A stretch of DNA of 34,234 bases. Source: a bacterium (GTDB taxonomy: Bacteria > UBA10199 > JADGCS01). This document shows, one piece after another, positions 17,600-27,497 of the stretch; the first letter of the stretch is position 1; each line of letters begins with the position of its first letter. The stretch spans positions 1-34,234 of the forward strand of contig JAHJDR010000176.1 in NCBI GenBank assembly GCA_018812345.1, given 5' to 3'. Both the position numbers and the translations under genes were made by a program. A model generated the notes under the pieces. The model saw only the letters and a list, made by a program, of their open reading frames with translations. It did no database searches and was not told the DNA's origin.

Positions 17600-20500
17600 T
17601 TACATAAACCGAACAACCTTGTCATCAAATAACTGATTGATGTGATATTGCAAAGGTTCGCAGGCCATGGCCCTATATTGTGAGGGCAGTTCTACAATGG
17701 CGTCATAGTCATCTGTTTTGTTTGCGTGGATATAGATGCGACTTTGACCTTGGTATTGATGAAGTATTTCCATGGCTTTGGCAATGTTTTTAGATGTGAG
17801 TTGCTTAAGTGGGATGTGTAGATGAACACTGCGTGTTGTCTGTTTAAGTTTTTCACTTAAAAGAACAATGTTTTCCAAAAAAAGTTTTCCACCGGTCTCT
17901 GATCTTTCGACCCTACCAGAAATAACCAAAGGATGTTCCGATGTAATGAGGTCTTGGCATTTTTTTAAAGCTTTGGGGAAGACAATGACTTCAATGGGGC
18001 CTAGTAAATCTTCAAATTGCAAGAACGCCATTTTATCGTTCTTTTTCGTGAGGACGGAACGCATGCTTGTGATCACACCACCAATGGTAACTTCTGTCCC
18101 TGAGGGGAGTTGATGAATTTGTTTTGTGTTATGCGTGGTGAGCTTGTGTAAATTATCTTGGTAGACTTTTAAGGGATGGCCAGAAAAGTAAAATCCAAAG
18201 ACTTCTTTTTCAAAGGTCAGTTTCTCTTTTTCTGTCCAATCCATATCATTTTTGATTTCAAGTCCCACAGGTAATTGTTCATCTAAATCCAGTGATGCAA
18301 ATAAGTTGCTTTGTCCCAAAGCTTCATCGCGTTGTTTTTTTGCTGCGGCATTGACTGTTTGTTCTATGGCTGTAAATAAACCTTGGCGTGGCATTTTAAA
18401 ATCATCAAAAGCACCTGCTTTGATGAGAACATCAATAACCTTTTTTGTTACGCGCCTGAGATCAACTCTGGAACAAAAGTCATAAAAAGATTGAAAGGGA
18501 CCGTCTGTATTGCGTGTTTCAATAATGGATTCAATGGCCGCACCGCCAACGCCTTTTAAGGCAGCTAGTCCATAACGAATATGCTTTTCAGCGGCGACAG
18601 AAAACTCAGCTTCACTCTCATTAATATTAGGTGCCAACATTTTAATATCTGCTTTTTTGGCATCATCTATGAACAAGAGAATCTTATCTGTGTCTTCCAT
18701 TTCCGTCGACATTATTGCTGCAATGAATTCTGTTCTATGATGAGTTTTTAACCAGGAGGTTTGATAGGAGATGAGGGCATAGGCTGCTGAATGTGATTTG
18801 TTGAAACCATATTCGGCAAATTTGGCCATGAGATCAAAAATATCTTCTGCTATTTTGGGATCAATTTTATTTTTCTCCGCTCCAGATAAAAAACGTTTTT
18901 TCTGGGCTGCCATTTCTGAAATAATTTTCTTACCCATGGCGCGTCTTAACAGATCAGCTTCACCAAGAGTGTAGCTTGCCAAAATGGAAGCTATTTGCAT
19001 TACTTGTTCCTGGTAGACAATAACACCATAAGTGTCTTTGAGAATTTCATTTAAACTGGGATGCATGTAGGTGATGTCTTTTTTTCCTTTTTTTCGCTCA
19101 ATAAAGTCGTCTACCATGCCAGAGCCAAGAGGACCAGGGCGATACAAGGCAACAAGGGCAATAATATCTTCGAAACAGTTAGGTTGCAGGCGTTCCATAA
19201 GATCACGCATGCCTGCCGATTCGAGCTGGAACACACCAAAACCATCACCTTGTGATAAAGCATGAAAAACAGCTTCGTCATCCATGGGAATGGTCGTGAT
19301 GTCGATGATGAGATCTTTTGTTTTTTTAATATATTTTATGGCTTTATTAATGACGGTCAGTGTGCGTAGTCCCAAAAAGTCAAATTTAATGAGACCTATT
19401 TTTTCCGCACATTTCATATCGTATTGAACAACAACATCATTGTTAGAACCTTTGTACAAAGGTGCGTGCTCCCATAAAGGCTTATCTGTAATGATGACGC
19501 CAGCAGCATGTACAGAAGCATGTCTGTTAAGACCTTCTAGTCTCATGGAGACATCAAGAAGGCGATGATCTGTTTCATCGTTTTCATAACGTTTTTTAAG
19601 CTCTGGTTCTGTTGCAATAGCATCTTTAAGTTTTATGCCTAACGTGTTGGGAATGAGTTTTGCCAGTTTATCAACATAGTCATATTCTAAATCAAGAACA
19701 CGACCAACATCTCTGATAACAGCACGAGCTTTCATCTTACCAAAAGTAATGATTTGAGAGACATTGACATATTTCTCAGTGACATACTCAATCACAGCAG
19801 CACGACCTTCTTGGCAAAAATCAATATCAAAGTCAGGCATGCTAATACGTTCAGGATTCAAAAACCGTTCAAAAAGAAGATTGTAGGGGATGGGGTCTAT
19901 ATCTGTAATGCGTAATGAATAGGCGACCAGTGAACCGGCACCAGAACCACGTCCAGGACCAACAGGTATTTTCTGTTTTTTTGCCCAGTTAATGAAATCA
20001 GCAACAATAAGGAAGTAACCAGCAAACCCCATGGAGTTAATGACGCCAATTTCATGTTCTAAACGATTTTGATAAGCCTGCCAATCATCATCTGTCATGG
20101 AAGATAATTTTTGTATTTGATCCCAACGTTCTTTTAATCCAAGGCGTGCAAGGTCAGCAAGATAATCGTCGAGTGTTTTGTTTTCAGGTGTTTCATATTT
20201 TGGTAGATGATAAGTTCCGTATTCAAAATCAAAATTACATTTACTAGCAATATCGATTGTATTTTTTAGAGCTTCTTCACAGTGAGAGAAGTCTGCTTGC
20301 ATTTCATCTTGTGATTTAAAGTGATAGCGATCTGTTGAAAACTTGAGAGCGTCATAGGGTGAGGTGACAAAGGGTGCTATTTGAATAGAGCGTAAAATTT
20401 CAAAGGCTTCAGCATCATCAGGATTCATGTAGTGAATATTGTTTGAGGCGACGAGGGGCAGGCCTAAATCTTTCGCAAGCTGAATAAGAGTATCATTTGT

Positions 20501-21052
20501 TTCTGGTTGATTCGGCAGGCCATTGTTTTGCAATTCCAGGTAAAATCTTCCCGGAAAAAGTTGCGCGTAATTCTGTGCGGCTTTTTTGGCGTCATCATAA
20601 TTATCATTATAAATATGATGATTAATTTCTGAATTATAGCCAGATGATAGAGCTATCAAGCCATTTTGGTATTCACGCAGTAAGTTAAAATCAACACGGG
20701 GTTTATAATAAAAACCTTCGAAAAAAGATCGTGTGATGAGTCGTGATAGATTTTTGTAGCCGATTTCATTTTGAACCAGAAGAACCAGTTGCCAATAAAC
20801 ATCCTGACCGCGAACAAATTTTTTAATTGTATGATCATTGTAGGAAGGAATGTAGACTTCACAGCCCAAGATAGGCTTTATCCCTGATGCTGTGGCAGTA
20901 CTAAAAAACTCAACAGCGCCATAGAGATTGCCATAGTCTGTAATGGCAAGTGCAGGCATATTGTATTCTTTTGCTCTGCTAATAGCATCTTTTGTTCGAA
21001 CAGCACCATTGAGGAGGCTGTATTCTGTGTGTAGATGGAGATGGCAATACAT
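17600..21052 (-). CDS. dnaE: DNA polymerase III alpha subunit
   Basis: HLHLHTEYS, GPGRGSGAGS, SMPDFDIDF, KFDFLGL, YGFNKSH, OB-fold C-terminus. Start set at MYCHLH because the 10 extra codons are heptamer repeat. Confidence 0.98.
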   Translation of the reverse strand: MYCHLHLHTEYSLLNGAVRTKDAISRAKEYNMPALAITDYGNLYGAVEFFSTATASGIKPILGCEVYIPSYNDHTIKKFVRGQDVYWQLVLLVQNEIGYKNLSRLITRSFFEGFYYKPRVDFNLLREYQNGLIALSSGYNSEINHHIYNDNYDDAKKAAQNYAQLFPGRFYLELQNNGLPNQPETNDTLIQLAKDLGLPLVASNNIHYMNPDDAEAFEILRSIQIAPFVTSPYDALKFSTDRYHFKSQDEMQADFSHCEEALKNTIDIASKCNFDFEYGTYHLPKYETPENKTLDDYLADLARLGLKERWDQIQKLSSMTDDDWQAYQNRLEHEIGVINSMGFAGYFLIVADFINWAKKQKIPVGPGRGSGAGSLVAYSLRITDIDPIPYNLLFERFLNPERISMPDFDIDFCQEGRAAVIEYVTEKYVNVSQIITFGKMKARAVIRDVGRVLDLEYDYVDKLAKLIPNTLGIKLKDAIATEPELKKRYENDETDHRLLDVSMRLEGLNRHASVHAAGVIITDKPLWEHAPLYKGSNNDVVVQYDMKCAEKIGLIKFDFLGLRTLTVINKAIKYIKKTKDLIIDITTIPMDDEAVFHALSQGDGFGVFQLESAGMRDLMERLQPNCFEDIIALVALYRPGPLGSGMVDDFIERKKGKKDITYMHPSLNEILKDTYGVIVYQEQVMQIASILASYTLGEADLLRRAMGKKIISEMAAQKKRFLSGAEKNKIDPKIAEDIFDLMAKFAEYGFNKSHSAAYALISYQTSWLKTHHRTEFIAAIMSTEMEDTDKILLFIDDAKKADIKMLAPNINESEAEFSVAAEKHIRYGLAALKGVGGAAIESIIETRNTDGPFQSFYDFCSRVDLRRVTKKVIDVLIKAGAFDDFKMPRQGLFTAIEQTVNAAAKKQRDEALGQSNLFASLDLDEQLPVGLEIKNDMDWTEKEKLTFEKEVFGFYFSGHPLKVYQDNLHKLTTHNTKQIHQLPSGTEVTIGGVITSMRSVLTKKNDKMAFLQFEDLLGPIEVIVFPKALKKCQDLITSEHPLVISGRVERSETGGKLFLENIVLLSEKLKQTTRSVHLHIPLKQLTSKNIAKAMEILHQYQGQSRIYIHANKTDDYDAIVELPSQYRAMACEPLQYHINQLFDDKVVRFM

Positions 21053-21053
21053 T

Positions 21054-21090
21054 TTCGGTTTCCGTTGTCCGTTGTCCGTCATCCGTTATA
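21054..21090. repeat. Five-unit AACGG heptamer element (reverse orientation)
   Basis: TTCGGTT TCCGTTG TCCGTTG TCCGTCA TCCGTTA TA, 1 nt from the dnaE ATG. Confidence 0.85.
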
Positions 21091-21149
21091 ATAACTCAGA
21101 TTTGCAAGGCAATATATTTGTCTTTCAAAGGGGTTGTGTCAACGGTTAA

Positions 21150-21186
21150 TTCGGTTTCCGTTGACCGGTATCCGTAGTCCGTTATA
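21150..21186. repeat. Five-unit AACGG heptamer element (second copy)
   Basis: TTCGGTT TCCGTTG ACCGGTA TCCGTAG TCCGTTA TA. Confidence 0.8.
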
Positions 21187-21249
21187 TGACTGTATAATAA
21201 CTTGTGTATAATCAGATAAACTGTTAAGTGTCTAATTATATTAATCAAT

Positions 21250-21284
21250 TAACGATAACCGGAAAACGGTAACCTAAAAACGAG
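21250..21284. repeat. Degenerate AACGG heptamer array before pfkB
   Basis: TAACGAT AACCGGA AAACGGT AACCTAA AAACGAG running into the RBS. Confidence 0.65.
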
Positions 21285-21290
21285 GGAATT

Positions 21291-22208
21291 ATGAGTATTA
21301 CAGTTGTTGGCTCAGTGGCCTTAGATACAATTGAAACATTATTTGGAAAAATGGAACGTGGTTTAGGTGGTGCGGCAATGCATTTTTCTGTAGCTGCGAG
21401 TTTTTTCACAGATATTAACTTAATTGGCGTTGTAGGTGGTGATTTTCCTCAAGAACACATTGATTTCATGAAAAAGCGAAATATTGATCTCACTGGTTTG
21501 CAAGTAGAGATGGAAGGGAAAACGTTTCACTGGATTGGTCGCTATGATGAAGATGTGAATAGTGCGATAACACTCGAAACGCATCTCAATGTATTTGAGA
21601 CCTTTAAACCTGTTGTTCCCGATAAATACAAAAATCCTGATTTTTTGTTCTTAGCTAATATACATCCCGATCTACAATTGCATGTGATTGCTAATGCCGG
21701 AAAACCAAAAATGATAGCCATGGATACAATGAATCTGTGGATTGATATTACTAAAGATATACTCAAAAAAGTTATCCAAAAAGTAGATTTGGTTTGTATT
21801 AATGACCAAGAAGTAAAGATGCTGACAGGCAATAATAATCTTGTTTGTGGTGCCAGGGAAATTCAAAATATGGGGCCCAAAACCGTTATTGTGAAACGGG
21901 GTGAATATGGTGCTGTTCTATTTCATGAAGAAAAAATATTTGCCGCACCGGCATTGCCCATTGAAGAAGTGAAAGATCCTACAGGAGCTGGCGATACCTT
22001 TGCCGGTGGTATGATGGGTTATTTAGACCAATGTCCAGAAGTGACTTTTGACCATTTAAAGACAGCCATAATTTGTGGTTCTGTTATGGCGAGCTTTAAT
22101 GTTGAAGAGTTTGGTTGTAACCGTCTTAGAAAATTAACAAAGGATGATATCAGCAAGCGTTTTGCTGACTTTCAGGCCTTAGGCCAATTTGATAGTATGT
22201 CCTTATGA
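21291..22208 (+). CDS. PfkB-family carbohydrate kinase
   Basis: VVGSVALD, LGGAA, VKRGEYGA, DPTGAGDTFAGG. Confidence 0.95.
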   Translation: MSITVVGSVALDTIETLFGKMERGLGGAAMHFSVAASFFTDINLIGVVGGDFPQEHIDFMKKRNIDLTGLQVEMEGKTFHWIGRYDEDVNSAITLETHLNVFETFKPVVPDKYKNPDFLFLANIHPDLQLHVIANAGKPKMIAMDTMNLWIDITKDILKKVIQKVDLVCINDQEVKMLTGNNNLVCGAREIQNMGPKTVIVKRGEYGAVLFHEEKIFAAPALPIEEVKDPTGAGDTFAGGMMGYLDQCPEVTFDHLKTAIICGSVMASFNVEEFGCNRLRKLTKDDISKRFADFQALGQFDSMSL

Positions 22209-23554
22209 AAGTAAATCGTGCAGAAATGCTTTTACACAGTATCACGCGTTTGCTGAGTCGCAATGCGGATGCTAATATTCGCCGTATTTTGGCAAAATCT
22301 CATCCGTCAGAAATTGCTTCTGTTATTCGTCAGTTGCCTGATGATGATGGTGTTCACGTTATTAAGCAAATTCGAGATACGGTACGTGAACCTGAAACCT
22401 TTGTTGAGCTAGAAGGTAAATTTATTCAAACCTATTTAGATAATACAGACGATAAAAATCACATAGTAAAAGTCATGCAAGAGTTGCCTGATGATGAAGT
22501 GGCGAACCTTCTTGCCGAAGTTAATGGAGAAACAGCAGAAGAAATTTTATCGCTTATGAAGACATCCAAGCAAGAGGATGTGAGCGAGATTTTACAGTAT
22601 GGTGAAGATACTTGTGGCCGTATCATGGCCGTTAATATTCATAAATTTAACCAAAAACTGACTGCCAAAGAAGCGATTAGCATTATTCAAAACAGCAAGC
22701 ATGTGGAGAGTATTTATTATATTTATGTTGTTGATGATGATAATCATCTTGTGGGTGTGATTTCTTTGCGGCAATTGTTGCAGGTACAAGGCGATAGGGT
22801 TCTCAAAGACTTTATGGTGCGTGAATTGGTCAGTGTGAATGTTTATGAATCACAGGATAAAGCGGCCACATTTGTTGAAGACTATAATTTTGTCAGTTTG
22901 CCTGTCATCGATGATGATGGTGCTCTGATGGGCATGGTGACTGTTGATGATGTGATTGATTATATTCGTGAAGAAGCACAAGATGAAGTCTTACAAATGG
23001 CTGGTGTAGAAGCCGAAGCTATAGATGATTTTTCATATTTGCGCGCTTTTGGTTCACGTGTTTCATGGTATGGACTTCTTTTCATTGCAGGCGTTCTTTG
23101 TAGTGAAATTATTCTTTATTACTTTAAAGATGTTCCTCAGAAGCTTACTTATTTGTGTTTTGCTCCTTTAGTTTTGCGCTTATGTGGCAGTATGGCTACA
23201 CAAGGATTAACCTTTGTGACGCAAGGGTTGTTTGATGAAGATATTGAGCGCAGTCGCTCTATTAGAGCCTTTTGGGGGCAAATGTTAATCACATTGCTAG
23301 TGACTTTGCTTTTTGCTGGTGTGGTTTTTTGTTATGCTTTCTTTAGGTTTTTGGAACCAGCATGGACATCTTTTGGTATGAGCATTGGTATTTTAGTTGT
23401 TACGGTTATGTCAATATTTGTTGGTGTTATGTTACCCCTTATTTTTAACAAACTCAATATTGATCCTCAGATTGCCAGTTCGCGTGTTATTCACGTTCTC
23501 ATGGATGCCTTAAGCTTACTGATCTTTTTTGCCTTTTTATTTGGCTGGAGCTAA
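22205..23554 (+). CDS. mgtE: Magnesium transporter MgtE
   Basis: MgtE N-domain (HPSEIA), tandem CBS domains (YYIYVVDDDNHLVGVISLRQLL, LPVIDDDG...GMVTVDDV), five TM segments, DPQIAS and the conserved TM5 Asp. Confidence 0.92.
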   Translation: MKVNRAEMLLHSITRLLSRNADANIRRILAKSHPSEIASVIRQLPDDDGVHVIKQIRDTVREPETFVELEGKFIQTYLDNTDDKNHIVKVMQELPDDEVANLLAEVNGETAEEILSLMKTSKQEDVSEILQYGEDTCGRIMAVNIHKFNQKLTAKEAISIIQNSKHVESIYYIYVVDDDNHLVGVISLRQLLQVQGDRVLKDFMVRELVSVNVYESQDKAATFVEDYNFVSLPVIDDDGALMGMVTVDDVIDYIREEAQDEVLQMAGVEAEAIDDFSYLRAFGSRVSWYGLLFIAGVLCSEIILYYFKDVPQKLTYLCFAPLVLRLCGSMATQGLTFVTQGLFDEDIERSRSIRAFWGQMLITLLVTLLFAGVVFCYAFFRFLEPAWTSFGMSIGILVVTVMSIFVGVMLPLIFNKLNIDPQIASSRVIHVLMDALSLLIFFAFLFGWS

Positions 23555-23555
23555 G

Positions 23556-24179
23556 ATGGAACAACATAGCGGCATTATCCTTAAAAAATTATCTTACAGC
23601 GAAGCTGATGAGATTATCACAGTATTGTTTAAAGGCATTGGTATCAAACGTCTTTTTGTTCGCGGATCCCGTAAGTCAAAGAAGCGTTTTGGCGGTTTGA
23701 TTGACCATTTTGCTCATTTAAAATTCTTTTTTTCCTCTCACAATAAGGGACTAAGTTCTCTTACAAGTGTTGAAGAATTTCATGAAAGCATGCAACGTGA
23801 TTTATGGACCCTTGGTCCCAATTTTGCTTATGCTTCACTATTATCTGAATTTATCTGTGAGTTTACACCTGAAGATGGTGATGATCATGGACTTTATGAT
23901 CTTTGGTTATCTCTTTATAATGAATTAAAACAAAAAGAACTAACTCCCGACATGGCGACAAATTATTTTATCATGTTTTTAAGACATGTGGGTTATGCAC
24001 CAGACTTTATAGAGCACTTTCAAGAAGGCCATTCTCAGGCTGTAGTAGATAATGAGTGGATGTCTTTATTAACTGATTTGGTTAGTTTTGCAGAAAAGAT
24101 TATGCAGAAACCCTCCCGAGCCGCCCCTTTTTTTCTCTCAACGCTAGACCCCGAAAACGGGGCAGGCGATAGACGATAG
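23556..24179 (+). CDS. recO: DNA repair protein RecO
   Basis: GIILKKLSYSEADEIITV and RGSRKSKKRFGG N-terminal OB motifs; follows mgtE; short C-terminus without Zn finger. Confidence 0.88.
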   Translation: MEQHSGIILKKLSYSEADEIITVLFKGIGIKRLFVRGSRKSKKRFGGLIDHFAHLKFFFSSHNKGLSSLTSVEEFHESMQRDLWTLGPNFAYASLLSEFICEFTPEDGDDHGLYDLWLSLYNELKQKELTPDMATNYFIMFLRHVGYAPDFIEHFQEGHSQAVVDNEWMSLLTDLVSFAEKIMQKPSRAAPFFLSTLDPENGAGDRR

Positions 24180-24183
24180 ACGA
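24142..24183. repeat. CGATAGA heptamer array with an 18-bp hairpin insert (24149-24166)
   Basis: CGCTAGA [CCCCGAAAACGGGGCAGG] CGATAGA CGATAGA CGA, overlapping the recO 3' end. Confidence 0.82.
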
Positions 24184-24193
24184 AGCACGAGGA

Positions 24194-27100
24194 TCAATAC
24201 CAAATTCTCCCCACAGCAGGTACTTCGGCATCTAAACTTTCACTATAAATCCATCCTGTATAGAGGATGCGATCATCAGATAAGATGCTTATGTTATTGA
24301 CACCTTCATTAACTGTATCGCCTACCTCAAAAATAACCGTGCCATTAGTACCAAATTGATAATTCAGCTGACCATTTGCTTTGTATTGTTGGATAACACG
24401 ATAGGTCTTGATGCCACCATCATTGGTGATACTAAACCCAGCCACAATCATTTTTCCACTGGACATAAAATCTAAACTCACAGCTTCAGCATTGCCACCA
24501 GCAATAGGATCTTTAATGACAAAGCCATTTATTCCAAAGGTTGTATCAAGTGTTCCATTTGGTAAGTAACGTGCGATAAGAAATAGTTTTGTTCCTGCTG
24601 TTGTATGGGTAGCCGTGCCACAAATGTAGATTTTATTATCGTAGATTTCAATGTCATCAATGATAGCACTGTGATGAGGTACTCCTGTAATGACCTTGCC
24701 ATTGAGGCCAAAAGAAAAATCCAAATTACCATCCTCTGAGTAGCGTGCGAGTATCAAGCGTTTTCTGCCAGCTACAAAATCAAAGCCACCAACGACAATC
24801 TTTTTATCGGTTTGAATGGCAACAGCTCTGGCTTCTTCTAATGCGCCAGGTGTGAAATTAAGCACGCGCAGGCCATCATTTCCAAAGGTTGTATCAAGTA
24901 CACCTTCAGTGGAATACCTGCTTATTGTTAGTGCCTGATCAGCATCAAGTTGGATATAACCGACACCGACAATATTGTTGCCTTGTTGTGCCATTGCCAT
25001 AAGGCGATTATTTTTTAGACCGATATCGTGTGCGTAAACGCCTATACCTCTAAAGGTTTCATCCAATGTCCCATCTGCATTATAGCGTGCTAAAAAAGCA
25101 TCTTCAGTAATGTCGCCACCATTGTCAATCTCAGCCCAACCACTAATAATAGTTTGGCCTGTAGTAGGTAGGTAAATCATGCCTGTGAGTTGTCCATTGT
25201 CACCTATGGAAGTCGTTGTATATCCTGTTTCCTCACCAAAATTTCCCATGAGATTTCCCGAACTGTTAAATTTGCTGATAAAGAAATCATTAGTTAATGT
25301 TGTGCCAGCTATAATAAAGGAGCCTCCATTTACCATTTTACCTGCTTGCGCTTGTCCTTTTATATTTAAAAAGGCTGTTCCATTATTATTTTTGAAATCA
25401 GGATCTGGTTGGCCATGAGCGGCAACGTAGATTGTGCCATCAGCTGTGTTTTTTTCTTGATCAGTAACACTGACTATGGCTGTGCCTGGGCTCATAGGTG
25501 CTCGGTAACTACCCGTAAACTCATTTATGTGACCAATTCCAGATTTGAGTTGAAATTTATAGGGTGGTCGTCCATCAACCCCTCTGATAGCAGTATTTGA
25601 GCCTTGACCGACATATATCCCTGTTGGAAATACATTTAATACATCAGGATTTTTGATAAGATCATTAGAAAGATTAAGCACGCCCACTTGATTGGGTTCA
25701 TCAGGCGCCAGCCGGTAGCGATAGGCTACGATATCGAGATTGAAATTTGAGGGTAGAGGGGCATGTCCAATTGTTATAAAATAGGTTTCCTCATCTTCCA
25801 AATCAAACATGCCAATCACAGGAGCTAAGGATCCTTCAGCTTGATTTGTTGTTGTTTGAAACGCTATGTAAGATAACTCATCATTTGATAATAGAAAGAA
25901 CTGTGATAAATTCATGCCCACATCAATAAGAGTTCGCGAACTATCTGTGTTTATGTTGACTTCACAAATATTATTAATGCCTGTTTCTGCATCTTCACAA
26001 TGGTAGTATATTAATTCGTTTCGTGCAGTGGGATTGCCCATGTAAGTAATACTTCTATTGATTTCTTTCCAATCTGTAACATCAGAGTCATAGCCATCAA
26101 GGATCTCTTCAAGGTTAGCTCTGATGAGATGATAATCATTACTAGTGTCTTTTCCAACAAGAATTATAGTGTACTGATTCATCCAATCAAAATCTAGTAT
26201 GGCAAAATCTATATCTTGATCTTCAAGAATAACATCCATGTGTTCATCTTTATCCACAAAATATATAACAGGAATAATACTATTTTCACCTGTGTAGGGG
26301 TTCAATCGACTGGCATTGTAGAGAATGTATTCACCTGAAGGATGAATTTTAAATATGGGTCGCTTTAGTGTCGTCTGCAAATCAATTTCTGTGATATCAC
26401 CTAATCCATTAACCTGATAAAAAATTTGCTCAGCATCAAAGAAATGTAGCTCATAGGGAGAACTAATCATTGACTGGGATAAAACAGACGTATCAATAAA
26501 GGGTTCTGGATACCCGCCAATAGCAGGTAGTGACCACAAAGCAGTTTGACCATTATCTTCGATTACAGAAAAAACAACTTCACTTTTCGGCAGTTCCCCA
26601 TCATCTTTATCAATGTTTAAAAAGGCCATACCGCGATCTTGTATATCAACCATGGCGTGAACTGATTCGTCGGAAAAGGTGATGTTGCTTGCATTCCACA
26701 CGTCAGAATCAACACCTGTAATAAATACATTAAACGTGTAATGCGGGATCAATGGGTGAGGTGGATTAATTTTCAGGAAAATGGGTGCACTCGCTTGGAT
26801 ATCATCAACGATTTCTTCAGAATCAGTGGCGACAAGAGCGACAATTTCTCCAATAAGAGATTCCTTAAATTGCAGTGTGAAAAGGCAATCCTGTGACAGA
26901 TTTGGCGTGAGAATATCAGTGGTTTTGCCTTTGTTATTGATTACGAGAATTTTGCCACATTTATTGTCAACACGATGGAAGAAGAATGTACCCACAATGG
27001 CTTCACTAGTGGGATTACCTCCTTTGCCGAGATATTTTGGTGCGCTAAGTTGTGGTGTTAGGCTTGCCTCTTGAAAAGAAACACTGGTGGCATCAATACC

Positions 27101-27316
27101 ATCTGTATTTTTGGCTATGGTAACGGGGATACTAATTGAATCCATGCCATAGGCTTCTGCGTCTTCGTATGTGATGGTCGCACTTTGATCAACTCCATTT
27201 AATGGATTACATGACATGGCCCCACCCACAGCCGCATCAGGTCCCACACATTGAGTTGTGGCGTTGAGCATGGAAAAAAGGATAAATATGAGTAAAAGAG
27301 TGCGCCTGAGTCGCAT
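24194..27316 (-). CDS. Large secreted/surface protein with C-terminal delta-60 repeats
   Basis: Signal peptide; repeats LARYNADGTLDETF, SRYSTEGVLDTTFG, ARYSEDGNLDFSFG, ARYLPNGTLDTTFG; Ig-like segment GRPPYKF...TGSYRAP; beta-rich middle region. Confidence 0.85.
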   Translation of the reverse strand: MRLRRTLLLIFILFSMLNATTQCVGPDAAVGGAMSCNPLNGVDQSATITYEDAEAYGMDSISIPVTIAKNTDGIDATSVSFQEASLTPQLSAPKYLGKGGNPTSEAIVGTFFFHRVDNKCGKILVINNKGKTTDILTPNLSQDCLFTLQFKESLIGEIVALVATDSEEIVDDIQASAPIFLKINPPHPLIPHYTFNVFITGVDSDVWNASNITFSDESVHAMVDIQDRGMAFLNIDKDDGELPKSEVVFSVIEDNGQTALWSLPAIGGYPEPFIDTSVLSQSMISSPYELHFFDAEQIFYQVNGLGDITEIDLQTTLKRPIFKIHPSGEYILYNASRLNPYTGENSIIPVIYFVDKDEHMDVILEDQDIDFAILDFDWMNQYTIILVGKDTSNDYHLIRANLEEILDGYDSDVTDWKEINRSITYMGNPTARNELIYYHCEDAETGINNICEVNINTDSSRTLIDVGMNLSQFFLLSNDELSYIAFQTTTNQAEGSLAPVIGMFDLEDEETYFITIGHAPLPSNFNLDIVAYRYRLAPDEPNQVGVLNLSNDLIKNPDVLNVFPTGIYVGQGSNTAIRGVDGRPPYKFQLKSGIGHINEFTGSYRAPMSPGTAIVSVTDQEKNTADGTIYVAAHGQPDPDFKNNNGTAFLNIKGQAQAGKMVNGGSFIIAGTTLTNDFFISKFNSSGNLMGNFGEETGYTTTSIGDNGQLTGMIYLPTTGQTIISGWAEIDNGGDITEDAFLARYNADGTLDETFRGIGVYAHDIGLKNNRLMAMAQQGNNIVGVGYIQLDADQALTISRYSTEGVLDTTFGNDGLRVLNFTPGALEEARAVAIQTDKKIVVGGFDFVAGRKRLILARYSEDGNLDFSFGLNGKVITGVPHHSAIIDDIEIYDNKIYICGTATHTTAGTKLFLIARYLPNGTLDTTFGINGFVIKDPIAGGNAEAVSLDFMSSGKMIVAGFSITNDGGIKTYRVIQQYKANGQLNYQFGTNGTVIFEVGDTVNEGVNNISILSDDRILYTGWIYSESLDAEVPAVGRIWY

Positions 27317-27329
27317 GCCTTATATTATA

Positions 27330-27346
27330 TGCAATTACCATTCCAG
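27330..27346 (-). promoter_or_regulatory. sigma54 (-24/-12) promoter motif
   Basis: CTGGAATGGTAATTGCA (GG-N10-GC); 14 nt from the GC to the ATG. Confidence 0.68.
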
Positions 27347-27497
27347 TTTAAACCGAAATATAACCCCGTAACCCTATGATATTATTAGCCCCCAATTTAC
27401 AATCTATGAACACTAGGCAACTTTTGCTTCTTTTCTATGAACATGTTCTCAAATTGGAAGAACATTCATTTTCATTTATGTATTTTTCAATTTTCAA

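Noticed and set aside
17600-21052. Intein or split in dnaE
   Set aside because: Length of about 1150 aa and continuous motifs are normal; no intein signatures seen
21053-21082. N-terminal extensions of dnaE (and G1PDH 11678-11719)
   Set aside because: They are translated heptamer arrays; family homology begins at the downstream ATG
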